Source: the human T2T-CHM13v2.0 reference genome, Homo sapiens
DNA: 64,000 nt
Assembly: GCF_009914755.1 (NCBI RefSeq)
Contig: NC_060929.1
Strand: one strand, 5' to 3'
Positions 1 to 14,140 of the stretch are shown in pieces (positions within the stretch are counted from its first letter, which is position 1; the number at the start of each line of letters is the position of its first letter). The notes under the pieces are model-generated. The model made no database searches. It saw only the letters and a list, made by a program, of their open reading frames with translations, and was not told the origin of the DNA. The translations under genes and the position numbers were made by a program.

Positions 1-763
<763 letters not shown>

Positions 764-1057
764 TAATTGGAATTCTAAGGTCTTTAGTAGGACTGTTTTT
801 CCTTGGCTGTCTCTGATTCCTAATTGTCGTCTCCCCAATATATAAGATAACTTAAGCTCATCTGAGCTTCTCAGACTCTTAGCTGTCACTTTATGTTTAC
901 TTTCTCAGTGTTTTAGCCCTACAAGTTCTGTAAGTTAGCAAACACCTCAAAGGGGACAATGCCATGGAATGTTAAGCTTAAGAATATAAGACTAACCTCA
1001 TTTTGCTTCTTTATTGCTCCAGAAAGTTTCAGTTTCTCTTTGATGCCCTCAAACATT

Positions 1058-1097
1058 TGTGTGTGTGTGTGTGTGTGGTGGTGGTGGTGGTGGTGGT
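1058..1097. repeat. (GT)n-(GGT)n compound microsatellite
   Basis: Seen directly. Confidence 0.9.
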
Positions 1098-2074
1098 AGA
1101 GATAGTGGAACAGGGGTGGGGGTATTTTATCCAGCCTTCCTGGTAGCTTTCTATTGCCAGATTTATCTATACCAATCTATGCCACCATTCCTGGCAGTAG
1201 ATAACTCCTAGCTTGGTTTCTAAGAGTGATTTTCCTCATTTGCCTTCAAAAATACTCATTGTCTGCTTCATAAAATTAGATGGATCTGGATATGCACATA
1301 GTTACTAATGGGACAATGCTGATATTTCATAACTTCTCATTACAAGGCCAGAACAAGCTCTCACTCAGTACTTCTACACTTTTAAATCAACAGGTGTCCT
1401 TGGTAATAAACGAGAATTGATGAAAAATCACCGTGAGAATTTATATTCATCTTTAATGGCTTAATTAAGCAGCATTTTAAATTGCCATTCAATGCCACTA
1501 GTTCTTGATTTCATATGCTACACTTGGCCAGGAAGAGGATAGATCACTGAAAATCACAGATAATCCAACATTTCTTTTGGGTCACTAGTTTCAAGCTTTC
1601 TCTCCAAACTTTCTTTACTCTTAACCAGAAATTTTACTGTATATAATATATTCATGTTCCAGGGAATACATAAACACATACAGAAATTCCCAAAGACTAA
1701 TGGGAGAGCAAAAGTAAAAAAAGCAGGGACTGTAAAAAAACTACAAATGAAACATTATCTCTAGTGTAAAGAAGAATTTTTTAAATTGGCAATTATGTGC
1801 CAGGAACTTAAGATATATTTTAAATCCTTTCAGCAGCCCTGTGAGGAAGGCATTATATCCATTTACATATTAGAAAACCTACACAGTGAGGTTAAGAAAC
1901 TTCATTAGAGGCATCTAGCCAGTGGGTGGCATTCCTAGGTAAAACAAGTAAAGAACTTCCTATGATTAGTAGGAAGAGTACAACCATTTCTTTTTATTCC
2001 CTTTGGAAAAAAAGTCAAGAAGATCATCTATCAAGGGTTTGAGCAGATTAAAAAGGCAGCCTTTCAACACTGAT

Positions 2075-3050
2075 TTTTTAACTTTATTTGTGGGTGAAAT
2101 TTTTATTGAGATAATTTTAGTTTCACACGAAGCTGTGAGAAATACCAACGGGGAGATCCCATGTACTCTTTACCTATTTTCCTCTGATGGGATCATCTTA
2201 CAAAATTATGTTACAATATCACAGCTAGGTTAATGAGAATATACTCGTTTTATTCATATTGCTTGTGCTCACTTGTGCTTTACTTGTGTGTGTGTGATTT
2301 AGTTCTGTTTACTTGTATTACATGTGTAGGTTCATATATCCACCACTACAGGTGAAATACAGAACAGTTCCATCACCCCAAGTATCCCTCCTGTGACTCT
2401 GTTATAACCACACAAACCTCTTTTCTACTTTCCCTCCCAGATCCCTAACCCCTGACAACATCTGATATGTTCTCTGTTGCTAAAATTTTATCATTTCAAA
2501 AATGTTACATAAGTGAAATCATATTGTATATAGCCTTTTGGCACAGGCTTTTTTTCTCAGTGTAATTTCCTGGAAATTCATCCTAGTTGTTGCATATATC
2601 AATAGTTTGTTTCTTTTTATTGCTGAGTAGTATTCTATTTAAGGATTTCCCACAGTTTGTTTAACCATTCACCCATTTAAGGATATCTGGGCTGCTCCCA
2701 GCTTTTGACTTTCATAAATAAAACTGCTGCTGATATTCTTGTATAGGTTTTTATATCAACATAAGTTCATTTTTCTGGAATAATGCCCAATAGTGCATTC
2801 ATTGGGCCATACAGTAAACTATATGTTAGTTTTATAAGAAACTGCCAAACTGTTTTCCGGAATGGCTGTATCATTTTACATTCCCTCAGAAATGTATGAG
2901 AGATTTAGTGTCTCCATATCTTTACCAACATTTGGTGGTGTCACTGTTTTTATTTTAGTTATTCTGTCAGGTGTGTGGTAGTATCTTAGTATGGCTTAAA
3001 GTTGCATTTGCCTGATAGCTAATAATGTTGTTTTTTTTTTCATGCTTTTT
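2075..3050 (-). mobile_element. Old L1M (L1MB/MC-like) 3' fragment
   Basis: Degenerate L1 motifs such as gctgagtagtattc and aagaaactgccaaactgttttcc. Confidence 0.75.
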
Positions 3051-4766
3051 GTACTTATTTTCATTCTTCTGGGGTTTGCATTATTAGTGATTAAAATAAT
3101 AAAAATGAACTTGATTAAAAAAATCCATCCTCATCTTCTCTCTTCCATTGAGATTGTAGTTCCTCTTGACTAAATTTCTAATCCCAACCCCAGGGAATCA
3201 TCACTAAATTTTCTTATTCAAAACATCACTAAATTTTCCTATTCAAAACTGTAATTATCATAAATATGCTATAATGGATATTGCATTTATATCTTTCTTT
3301 TGAAAACCCTTCTAATATGATGAATTTCAAACATACAGTAAAGAAGAGCATAATTAACTTTCATGTACCTGTCACCCCCAGCTTTACCCAAATTTTGCCA
3401 ATATTACTTCATCGATTTTTCTATAATTGTCATTATCATCATTACTTGACAGAGTATTTTTAAGCAAATCTTCATGTCCGATCATTTCACCCACAAATTA
3501 ATACTTTTCCTGACAAGGTCAAGTCATGAGATTCCCGAGATTAAGGGACATAAGTTGGTTGTGGAGTAAAGTTTCAACATGCTTTCTATTTTTATTATTA
3601 AATTAGTGCTTACAAACTATGACCTATTTGGCAGATGAACTTCTTATGCTGTTTTAGTAATTTTTTAAAACATATTTGCTCTTTTTCTGGACTGGACTTA
3701 TAGGTTGTATACATATTGGTAGATTGATAGATCTTTTTGTGCTATGGTCTTGTTAAATGAAAAAAAAAATTTCCTTATTAATTGGATAGCCATTATTGAG
3801 ATAAACAAATGGATGTATTCCAGGTATAGAACAGGTTTGTAAATGATTTTATGTTTTCATTTTTCCCTTCTAACAATATAAAGTAGTTTTATGTTTATGC
3901 CAGAGTTAACTTTTATAAATATGTTCGACTTTAACACCAGCTCAGATGTCCTTGGAATATTTCTGCTTCTCCATGATATTACAGATGACAATGAGGTCAT
4001 TTCACAATTCCTTCTTCTCTGAAAAACACAGCTGGCTCAGTTTGGTTAGCAGCATTCTCATTGCTGCATTTCCTCAGTCACCAGAGTATTTCAATTGACC
4101 CCTTCAGGACAGATTGTATCTATGTAATATCCTTCCACGATAAAACATCTATAATCAAATGACTACAACAACCACTGAGTGGTATGGCTTTCACCCTGGG
4201 CCAGAATCATTCTATTTCATATCCTTTTAATAACTCTATTATTTCACTGAAACTGTAAAGTTCAGATTTTCTCAAATCAAGCACAAGTGATGTTTGATTT
4301 TTGTCCTCTAACCACTTTTACCAGAGTTCTGCCTTGTGGCTGAATTCTTTTTGTAATTTTTCACAGATGTTAAGTTACTTGATCTCCATATTGTTTTGAG
4401 GGATTTTTTTTTTTTTTGGTTGGTTGGTTGGTTGGTTTTTATTGTCAAGAGTCACTTTAGCTTTTTACACATGCTTTCACATTTTATTGAAGAACCTGTG
4501 GCAAATGTAAGGATGTGCTGAACAGAGGCAAGTAAGAAATATTAATATAACTTCAAGATCCTTTAAAATAACCTCTCATGGCACTCATACTTTTTCTTCA
4601 TAAAAAGAAAACTCAACACAGTTATAAGTTAACTCTTAAGGGTGATTATGTGATTAAGAGCTATTTCTCTCCACTAGAATCTAAGCTCCATGAGGGTGAG
4701 ACAATATGCTTTCTTATTGCCATATCCCTAGCATCTAGTACACTGCTGGCTCATAGCAGGTAATTA

Positions 4767-5540
4767 TGTCAGTTAGCATCTTGCTGACTTCTGGCTCCAA
4801 ATCCAGCTTTCGTTGCTTTGTCCAAGATAATACAGATGAAGCCTGCAAATATGACTTCTTTGCCAACTGGCACTATATTAAGCTTTGTCAATAGAAGGTG
4901 CTAGAGAGACACTGGAGGAGGAAGAGCTTTATCCTCCTAGTTCTGGTGTGCTTCTCTTTCCAGGGTCCTGCAGCACACATAGCTTCCCCAGTACCCAACA
5001 ATCACAGCAAAACTGGCTTTTCCCATTCATGGCTCCTGCAGTATGTGGCAGCCTGTGGGACTCAGCAGCCAGCTACATCCCCCAGCAGGTGTCTGTGCAG
5101 TGGAATGCCCCAGATGAGACAGCTCCCTGTTAACAGACTTCCCTAGCACCTCTTCGGGTGGCTTTGTGGCACCAGGAGAAGCATGGCTGCATCTCTGTGA
5201 CAGCTTCCTGTTGCACCCCAGAGGCAGATTTCGAGAAAGTTCTGTTGGCATAGCATCACATTGACTTCTCTGCCATCCAGTGAGCCACAGCCATGCACTT
5301 TTGAACAAGGTCTGGATCTCAGCCCTGGAGGCCTGTTCCTTGGATGCTCTATTTCAACTCAAAGTGTAGTGGTTGCTCCTTATAGCTGTTAATCTCGTGT
5401 TGCTTAGAATTTGCTTTACTTCTTACTAGTCAATTATGCATTCCTCCAATTTCCTGTTATAGTTAACAATTCTTTATTTTAAACTTTCCCTGTTCAACTC
5501 ACCATGTACTTTCTGTCTCCTGATTGGACTCTGACTGATA
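4767..5540 (+). mobile_element. ERVL-class solo LTR (LTR40/41-like)
   Basis: Starts TGT. 3' end ttctgtctcctgattggactctgactgata resembles ERVL LTR termini. Subfamily uncertain. Confidence 0.55.
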
Positions 5541-6485
5541 AGAGTGCTTAATACATATCTCTTAAAAGGAAGAAAGAAAGGAGAGGGGGGAAAGAGATAG
5601 TGACAGAGAGAGACCTTAACTATCCCTGGTATCTCTGGGCCAATTTTGCTTGTTTGCTGTTATTATTTGGAGTTAGAAATTTAAAAAGACAAACTGAATT
5701 TTGTCTAAATATGATCCTGTGCCACTGAATTATTTATTAGTTCATATTCTCTTCACTCACTCTTTCACTAAAAATTTATTGAGCATCTATTGTTTGCCAA
5801 GCATATACAAATAGGTGTTTTTGGATAATGAGAGAATTAATACGTTTATAAAGAGAATCCAGACTGTAAAGCCAGTAGAAATTTCCTTGAATGCCAGATT
5901 TTAGGAATGCTAGATTCCAGAACTGTCTCCAAATTAGACTACCCAACACCTCTCCTCTCTCTCCCTTTCTCTCTCTCCCCCTCAATTCCTACCAGTAAAT
6001 AAATGAACATCATGGTGTATACCTTAAATATATGCAATAAAATTTAAAATAAATGAATGAATAAATAGGTCATTTAATTCCTGTTTCTTAAAATCTCATT
6101 GTCATGAAATGCTGGTTAGTGTCTAAATTAAATTCCACACCCTCTTCTTCTTCTTTCCCTTTGGGCCTGGGCATTCTTTAGTTATAAACAGCAGTTTTCT
6201 AAATTCTTGTTAAATCACTCTTTTAACGTCTCTTCTGCAAGTTAAATATTCCATGGCATTTTATTCTTTCTCCATAGTTGTATTATTTTTAATTATTTGT
6301 TTTCCTATGCTTTCTCCAATTTGATCACACTCATCCTAAATGGCATTGTTCACTTCAACAATCTCATATGGAGTTTCATACTACTGACTTAATAGAAGTA
6401 ACTCCTCAGATGCATTGGCCTTCTATACTTTGCTTATATATTTGAGTATCTATACCATGTTAAATATCTTTAATTACAACATTAA

Positions 6486-6798
<313 letters not shown>

Positions 6799-6825
6799 AG
6801 TATTCAAACTTTTTCACAGATAAAC

Positions 6826-7132
<307 letters not shown>

Positions 7133-8156
7133 TAGAAAAGATGGGTGTGAGAGGAAAAGGTTAGGAGGACACAGAGACAAACCTGGAAGGCAAATCATGA
7201 TGGAAAGTTTCCATAATGAACACTTGGATTGCTGGGGGAACCATTTTTAAGCACTTATTTACATACACACTAATATAATTACCAACTCTTATTTGTGAAA
7301 GAGGTCCTTAGGGATTATTTCCTATGCAATCAGTGCTGTATGTAATAGAATGTAATGACAAGATGTGTCTTTAAAATATTCGTAAATCAAACATTATGCC
7401 AATTCAGAAAGGCCTGAGAGGACTCCCTGCAATTCACTGATTTTAGCAAAGATAAACAATTTTCCACATTTTATCACCTCTGAAATTGAGATGCATCTCA
7501 CAAATGGTGGCACACTACAATTGTCTTGGCACCCTTGGCCTCTGGTTGCACTACTGTTCCAGAGGGGGTGCTGAGGCAGGCACCAGCTCCCCACACCTCC
7601 ACCCTTCTCCTGACCTGATCCCCACCCTGACCCTGTCCCTTTGACCATTTGACCCCTCTTGTCAGTGATAAACTCCTGGATTGCAAATGCACAGACTTCA
7701 AGACTGGTCAATTTTCTTGGGTCATTAACTGCTTGCAATGCCTATCAGCTGCACAAGGCATCCATTAATGACTCTTCTTTGCCTTAAACAGGCAGGGACT
7801 AATTGGTGAACTCATCTGGGACTGAGGAGAAGTCTAAAAAATCTTAGTATCTACACAATAAAATTTCTAAGTGATAAGAAAGTAAACAAAATCATAGTGC
7901 ATTTTAAAATTGATGCTGTCTTAACATTTAAAGAAAATACGATAATAACACTTAAATGTTTCATATAAAGTGTGTCTTGCTGAACCCTAATGCCTTCTTA
8001 CTCCAACCCCAACCCCAACCCCACTCCACAGGCTCCAGTGCCATGACCAGTTTTCTTCTTTCCATGGATCCTGTCTTTCCTGTTGGAGGAAACTATTAGA
8101 TCTCACTGAGCATTCCTCTATGTCACCTGTAACATTTACTTTCAGGATACAAATAT

Positions 8157-8926
8157 TGAGATGGAGCAGGGACCCCTCTTTGAGGCCTGATGGGCCCACA
8201 GAGCATAGAAATAAAAGAAAACCTGGAGTCCCTTCAAGGAAAATCCCAGGCACCTAGCTATCCTTGAGAAGTGGCTAGCTAGCCTTATGAGCAACCTGTT
8301 AAGCAAAAAGGTAAATATAGCTTAAAACAGCCAAAGAAGTGAGAGCAACGAAATATTTGGTTCCCTATAGAAACTCAAGAGAACATCTTTATTTATGCCT
8401 CTGAGTTGTTTTTCAGAAACCCAGATCCCCAACACATGGAAAATGCTCTTTGCTGGCACACAGACCTCAGATACTAGGGAACTGAGGGCTGAACTCTGAC
8501 CAATGTTCCTCATTCTGAATTTCTTCCTGAGGGGCCTGGAGGAAGTCATGCCCACAGGCCAGAGCTTAACACTTTTTTTCTACTGACCCCAAGTTTTTAA
8601 GCAAAGCTTAACCAAGGGCAAATCAGAAAATCTTTGAATCCACCTATGACCTATGGGCCCTGCTTCAAGATGTCCTGCCTTTTTAGGCTACACCAATGTA
8701 CAGCCTCCATGTATTGACTGATGACTTCACCTGTAACCTCTGTCATCTTGTCTTTAAAAACCCTTACATTTAAGCCATTGAAGAGTATGGGTCCTAGGCA
8801 TGAGCTGCCTAATTCTCCTTGCTTGCTGCCCTGCAATAAATACCTCACGTTTTCTTGCTGCATATCCCAATATCAGTGTTTGGCTTTGCTGTGTCAAGCA
8901 GGTAACCCATGTTCAGTTTGGTAACA
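8157..8926 (+). mobile_element. ERV1-class (MER4-group-like) solo LTR
   Basis: TG...CA termini, AATAAA at ~8836, 4-bp flanks atat/atct. Subfamily uncertain. Confidence 0.7.
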
Positions 8927-10807
8927 ATCTTAGCTTTATTTCTGGGACTCAACTGAATTAGTCTTAACTACAACTCTGACTTTGAACGTGGGTAAAGGTT
9001 AATTGCAAACAAACAATTTCAGAAAGTTGCTCAGCCACAAAGACAAAGCAAAGTGTGTCCGTCCCTCTGGTTGATGTCAGGTGAGCATGCTTACCTACAT
9101 AGAACCTTTCATGTAAGCACATTGGGTAATTACAAGTCTTCCATGGGGACATTTTGCCTGGTGGGTGGCATCATCGTTTTTACTTGACAACTACCCATTT
9201 CCTTATAAACTGGGTTGTGTATAAGAGCTGTGAGGGCAGAGGGAACAAAATTTGAATATTTGTTCCATTAGGTTTAGAGAATTTGGACTCTGTTTTATAG
9301 CTTACCAAAGAGCCACAAATCTAGTTCTGTTCAGGGGATTTAATTCACGTCTCATTAACTACCTTGGCAAAATCCAACATTAGCCCTGAAAAGCTAATTT
9401 GATTAAAGAACTGACAGACATTACTTCTTTCCAACTAATCAAGTTAATTTTAATGGAGGTAATAATGTCTCCCTGGCAGGTTATTACGAGAATCAAATAA
9501 GCTAGCTAGCATATTTTGGGTACTTTATAAATTATCAAGTGTTAAACATGTGACCATCGCAGGTCTCTTTATTCCTGTGTTATGCCCTCCATATTCCACC
9601 TCGTTTCTTTTTCTTTTCTTACCTCTTCCTAAGGTCTTACCTAATTATTCAGCTGAGGGAACTCCTCAGCTAAATTTGCTGTTTTCAACCAGCAAATTGA
9701 TTCAATAAATATTAACGAGCAATTACAGAAACAGTTTGGAGAGTTGAGTACTCCAACCCCAAGAATGCAAAATGGGAGAAGCTACCTTCTATCCCCACAT
9801 TAAGACAGAGGGTCTTCCAAGGGAACACCAAGGTTTTATATGCCAGCTTCTGGAACTGTCTGATTTCCTCTTAAAAACTTTAAAGGGCAAGAGATAGAAT
9901 ACCTGGTGTTTAGGAGTGAGCCAAAAACAAAAAAATGGCTGTGTTGGGCATCTGGCATCCTGTAGTTTGTCAGCAGAAATAGGTGTGTTTCCAACATACA
10001 CACTGTGGGCCATGCAAGAGTCAAGGTAGAGTTGCCTGAGGCCCTTTCCAACAGGACCATCCAGAGTGGCTCCCCATGAGGGGTGATAATGACTACAATC
10101 AAACATATTTGTTTCCCTAGACAAAGGAATTACCAATTAGTTATCTGGAGTGTTGTAGGCATCATGCTCATGGAAGCTGCTGCGTGATCCACAAGGGGTG
10201 TTTGGATGATTTTACACAGATGTGTCTAACTTTATAGAGGCAGGATCTTCAAATATGTCACATAAATGTGCACTCAGATCACATACACTTATTGGTATTT
10301 ATACTTAAATCCACTTTGATATTCAGTATTGTCTCCAGTGGGAAGGCAGTGTAGTCATTAAATAAAACGACAGGAACAATAAACAATTCTGTCTCCAAGG
10401 TAATATGATGGCACAGCATTTTTAAAAGATGTCAGTTTTACAGCCAGATATTTTAATTACATCTTATAGAACCACAGTGGAAAACAGTGTATTCTCCCCT
10501 ATTTTAAAGATGGAGGATCTAAAAATAAGCTTAAGAAACTCAAGATCACACCCTGAGAAAAGGAAGTCAGTGCCAAAGAAACCCATTTATTGATTAAATT
10601 TTTGCTTATACTTCCATTGAAATAACATCCCAAACTTTTGCTGAATATACTGAGATTGGAAGAGAATGAACTTCTACTCATAACCTCCCTACTCACTGTA
10701 AATACCCAGAAATGCTCTTGTGTTCTCTGGGACTAGGTACGAGCAGTTTTGCTCATATTCTGCATAACTTCTCTAGGAGACCAGGTCCCTCTCAGAACTC
10801 AAGAATT

Positions 10808-11093
10808 ATGGCATGCATGTTGGGTCATGCCTGTAATCCCAGCACTATGGGTGACTGAGGCAGGAAGATCACTTGAGGCCAGGAGTTCCAGGCAAGCGTG
10901 GGCAGCATAGTGACACTCCGTTTCTACAAAAAATAAATTAGTCAAGTGTGGTAGTGCATACCTATAGTCTCAGGTACTCAGGAAGCTAAAGTGGAAGAAT
11001 CACTTGAGCCCAGGAGGCTAAGGCTGCAGTGAGCCGTGATTGTGCCACTGCACTCCAACCTAGGTGACAGAGTGAGACACCGTGGCGAAAAAG
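10808..11093 (+). mobile_element. AluJ-like SINE
   Basis: Diverged Alu dimer. Confidence 0.85.
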
Positions 11094-11838
11094 AATTACC
11101 AAAGCTGTATGATTTCACTGTGCTTACAGGTGACAAAAACTCTGCTCAAGCAAAAAGATTTATGAACTCTATCCAGGCACGGCTGGAGGGAAGTTGGCCT
11201 TAGGCACTTCCAGAACCATCTATCCAAATACCACCAGAATGCCCCCACTGACATACTTCCTATACAGCTCCATGTTTTGTGTATCAGTTTCTTTCTCTCC
11301 AGCTGGAGCTCAGCTAGGTATGTGCATGTGTGTAGCAGACATGTGGGGTATTGGTGTCAGATTCACATTCTTATGGCTTCATAGCCCGAGAGGAGTAAGA
11401 AAGTTGACTTCTCATCTGTTTTTTAAATGTTGGAGAAATAAACTGGTACATCCTTGGTCATATGCACAACTCTGGGTATAACCACTGTCGACCAAGGACA
11501 GCTACCGGAAGTAGCAAATCCTGGGGACGTGCCCACCCCTTTGTTACCAGAGGAGCAGCAAAACAGATGCTGAGCAGACTACCACTAGAGCCACTTCAAA
11601 ATGGAAATAAACTCACAGCACCAGGCAACTAATGTGTACAGTAAAGGAAAATGTTACACAAAAAGTGAACAAGGATTCACACATGAAGCCTTGGATAAAT
11701 GATTTTTGTAAACATAGCAGCCTCTGACAAGGAGCAAGTTGTGAAACTCAATGTTCACTTGATCTTTCTAGAAGAACAATATCTTTTCTCTGGTAAGATA
11801 AAAAGAAAAGCAACAACTTGACTAGAAGTGGTGATGTG

Positions 11839-12322
11839 CGTATGTTTATTGTGGCACTATTCACAATAGCAAAGACTTGGAACCAACCCAAATGTCCATC
11901 AATGATAGACTGGATCAAGAAAATGTGGCACATATACACCATGGAATACTATGCAGCCATAAAAAAGGATGAGTTTATGTCCTTTGTAGGGACATGGATG
12001 AAGCTGGAAACCGTCATTCTCAGCAAACTATTGCAAGGACAAACAACCAAACACCGCACGTTCTCACTCATAGGTGGGAACTGAACAATGAGAACCCTTG
12101 GACACAGGAAGGGGAACATCACACACCGGGGCCTGTCATGGGGTGGGGGAAGGGGGGAGGGATAGCATTAGAAGATATACCTAATGTAAATGACGAGTTA
12201 ATGGCACACCATTAGCATGTTGGCACACCAACATGGCACATGTATACATATGTAACAAACTTGCACATTGTGCACATGTACCCTAGAACTTAAAGTATAA
12301 TTTAAAAAAAAGGAAAAAAAAA
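11839..12322 (+). mobile_element. 5'-truncated L1PA 3' end with 15-bp target-site duplication
   Basis: L1 3' sequence plus poly(A). Perfect TSD AGAAGTGGTGATGTG at 11824-11838 and 12323-12337. Confidence 0.95.
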
Positions 12323-12451
12323 AGAAGTGGTGATGTGTGCTGACTTTATTGTTAGCTACCCTGACAATCTGTTGCATTATTCCCACATTTAGCAATGCCA
12401 TTCCCAAGTGAAATAAAGGACAGTCACACTGATCTACATCACTTTAGAATA

Positions 12452-12457
12452 TTTATT
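12452..12457 (-). terminator. Probable main (distal) polyadenylation signal AATAAA
   Basis: Plus-strand tttatt. Minus-strand downstream sequence gtgtgactgtcctttattt is GU/U-rich. Confidence 0.7.
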
Positions 12458-13918
12458 GTATTCCTTAATGCATTTCTTAACATGTATAGCACTCTTTAAT
12501 CAAGAATATAAAGTCATCTACTTAGAATCACATTATCTTAAAGATGCATACTGGAATGATAAGTTTGAAGATGTAACTATCAACAATTCTTTTCAAAATC
12601 ATATCAATATATTACTCTCATGGAACTTGCACATTCTAAGAAGGGTCATTTTTTCCCCCCAGTACTGGGAAGGTATGCATTTAACCATGTGGTCAGCCAG
12701 AAAGGCTGTTTTATATATGGTGTGTGTTACTCATAAAAAGCCTGTCCTTTCTCTAATATTGTACATTACACAATTGTAGCTACACCTGAAAAGAAGTGAG
12801 TTTCAATGACCATCATCACCTAAAAACATGAATAAGTTTGTATATTTAGGACCAGAGGAATGATATATCGTACTGTACTATGCCTACCTCTGTCCAGAGG
12901 CCAGCTGTCTCACCTGTTCTTCAGGGTGCCTAGACTTTTTACCCATCTATTATCCGGGATGCTTCTGAAGTCATTCCCATGGGCCCCTGTCAGGTATTGA
13001 GAATAAATACCTCTAAGGAAGTTTTTTTCAAACCTAATCTACCCACCATGTTTATTCCCTGACACTAAAAGTTCACTGACTCTTCAAATCCTAGACTTGT
13101 CCAACATTATTTTCCCTAGTTGGATAAGGCTGAATTAAAGGCACTTCGTTAAAGGAAGTAGCCTTGGCAGAAGAAAAACCGTTGTTCTGTAGAAGTGTCA
13201 TTCAATATTTAAAATCTCCTCTGAACCAAAACAAGAGCCTGAAAGTAAAACACCTTTTATTTTTTAACTCTGCTGTCATTGCTACTAAGGATTCATGGTA
13301 AATTATCCCACAGCCCTTCTTGGCTTGAGAGGAGGTACAGTACAAGTAGCCCACAGGGTCTCAATAACAGAAGTATTCTCAAGGACCCTTGAGGATACAA
13401 AGGAATACTGGGCTGTTTTAAAATGAGAAAACTGAGAAGAATCAGTTAGGTTTCTAGCCCTCTTCCTATAATACGCCTTAGTCTTTGCAAAGCATAGATA
13501 GATAGTTGGTTTGAACTAGTTATTTCTCCCTGCCCTCCCCCACAAGAGGCATTCCTGCTTGCCTTCTTGGGCATCTGTTTAAAAGCAGTATGGGAGGAAG
13601 GGGGATGTTCTAGGGGGACAAGATGTAATCATAAAATCTGAAGCCCCAAAAGAAAAGTCAGAGGAGGCTGAAGAAAAAACAATCATGACAGCAACTCTCC
13701 TAACCACAAAAATCACATATGTTATCTTTCTTTCAGGACTAATAATTAATATTTAAGAGGAAAGCCACATCAATTTCTAGGGCCCTTCTTGGGGAAAGGT
13801 TCATATAATTTAGCATACATACCATATTCAGTGAAAATGCATTCAATATAATTACCTATTATAAAAACAACCTTCTCAGCCTTAACAAATGAGATAATTA
13901 TAAATGCTCCTTTTGCTT

Positions 13919-13924
13919 TTTATT
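13919..13924 (-). terminator. Candidate proximal polyadenylation signal AATAAA
   Basis: About 175 nt after the stop codon, followed by tttgtt and gttgttttt elements. Confidence 0.45.
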
Positions 13925-14098
13925 AAAATGTCACAGCATGCCTAGAGAACAGTTTATATGGCTGCATAAAGTCTGAAACACAAGAAAACTAATAAAAAAC
14001 CACCTGTTAAATACACAATTATGATTATTGATGTCCTTTCAATTAAATCTTGTGTGTTTAAAATGAAAAACACGCAGCCTGGTACAAATATCCATATT

Positions 14099-14140
14099 TC
14101 AATTTGCGATCTGCTGCATTGGCATGAGTTTTGGTGAAAC
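14099..14140 (-). CDS. OXCT1: OXCT1 last exon (17), coding part: VSPKLMPMQQIAN*
   Basis: Acceptor cttttaccag|GTT. 14 codons ending in TGA at 14101-14099, matching the SCOT C-terminus as I recall it. Confidence 0.97.
   Translation of the reverse strand, partial: VSPKLMPMQQIAN

Larger units (their letters stand above)
12435..14098 (-). other. OXCT1: OXCT1 3'UTR (~1.65 kb; 3' end approximate)
   Basis: No obvious repeats after the stop codon. Ends at AATAAA (12457-12452) followed by a GU/U-rich downstream element. Confidence 0.8.

Noticed and set aside
8002-8024. Telomere-like (CCCCAA)n repeat
   Set aside because: Only about three variant units, too short to call an interstitial telomere.
9651-9671. 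Short hairpins (AGCTGAGG/CCTCAGCT here; GAAGACAA/TTGTCTTC at 16281-16305)
   Set aside because: 8-bp stems are expected by chance in 64 kb and are too short for a pre-miRNA or other structured RNA call.
12435-14098. miR-122 seed site that might explain liver silencing
   Set aside because: I saw no ACACTCC match on the minus strand by eye. A formal scan is needed, so no site is claimed.
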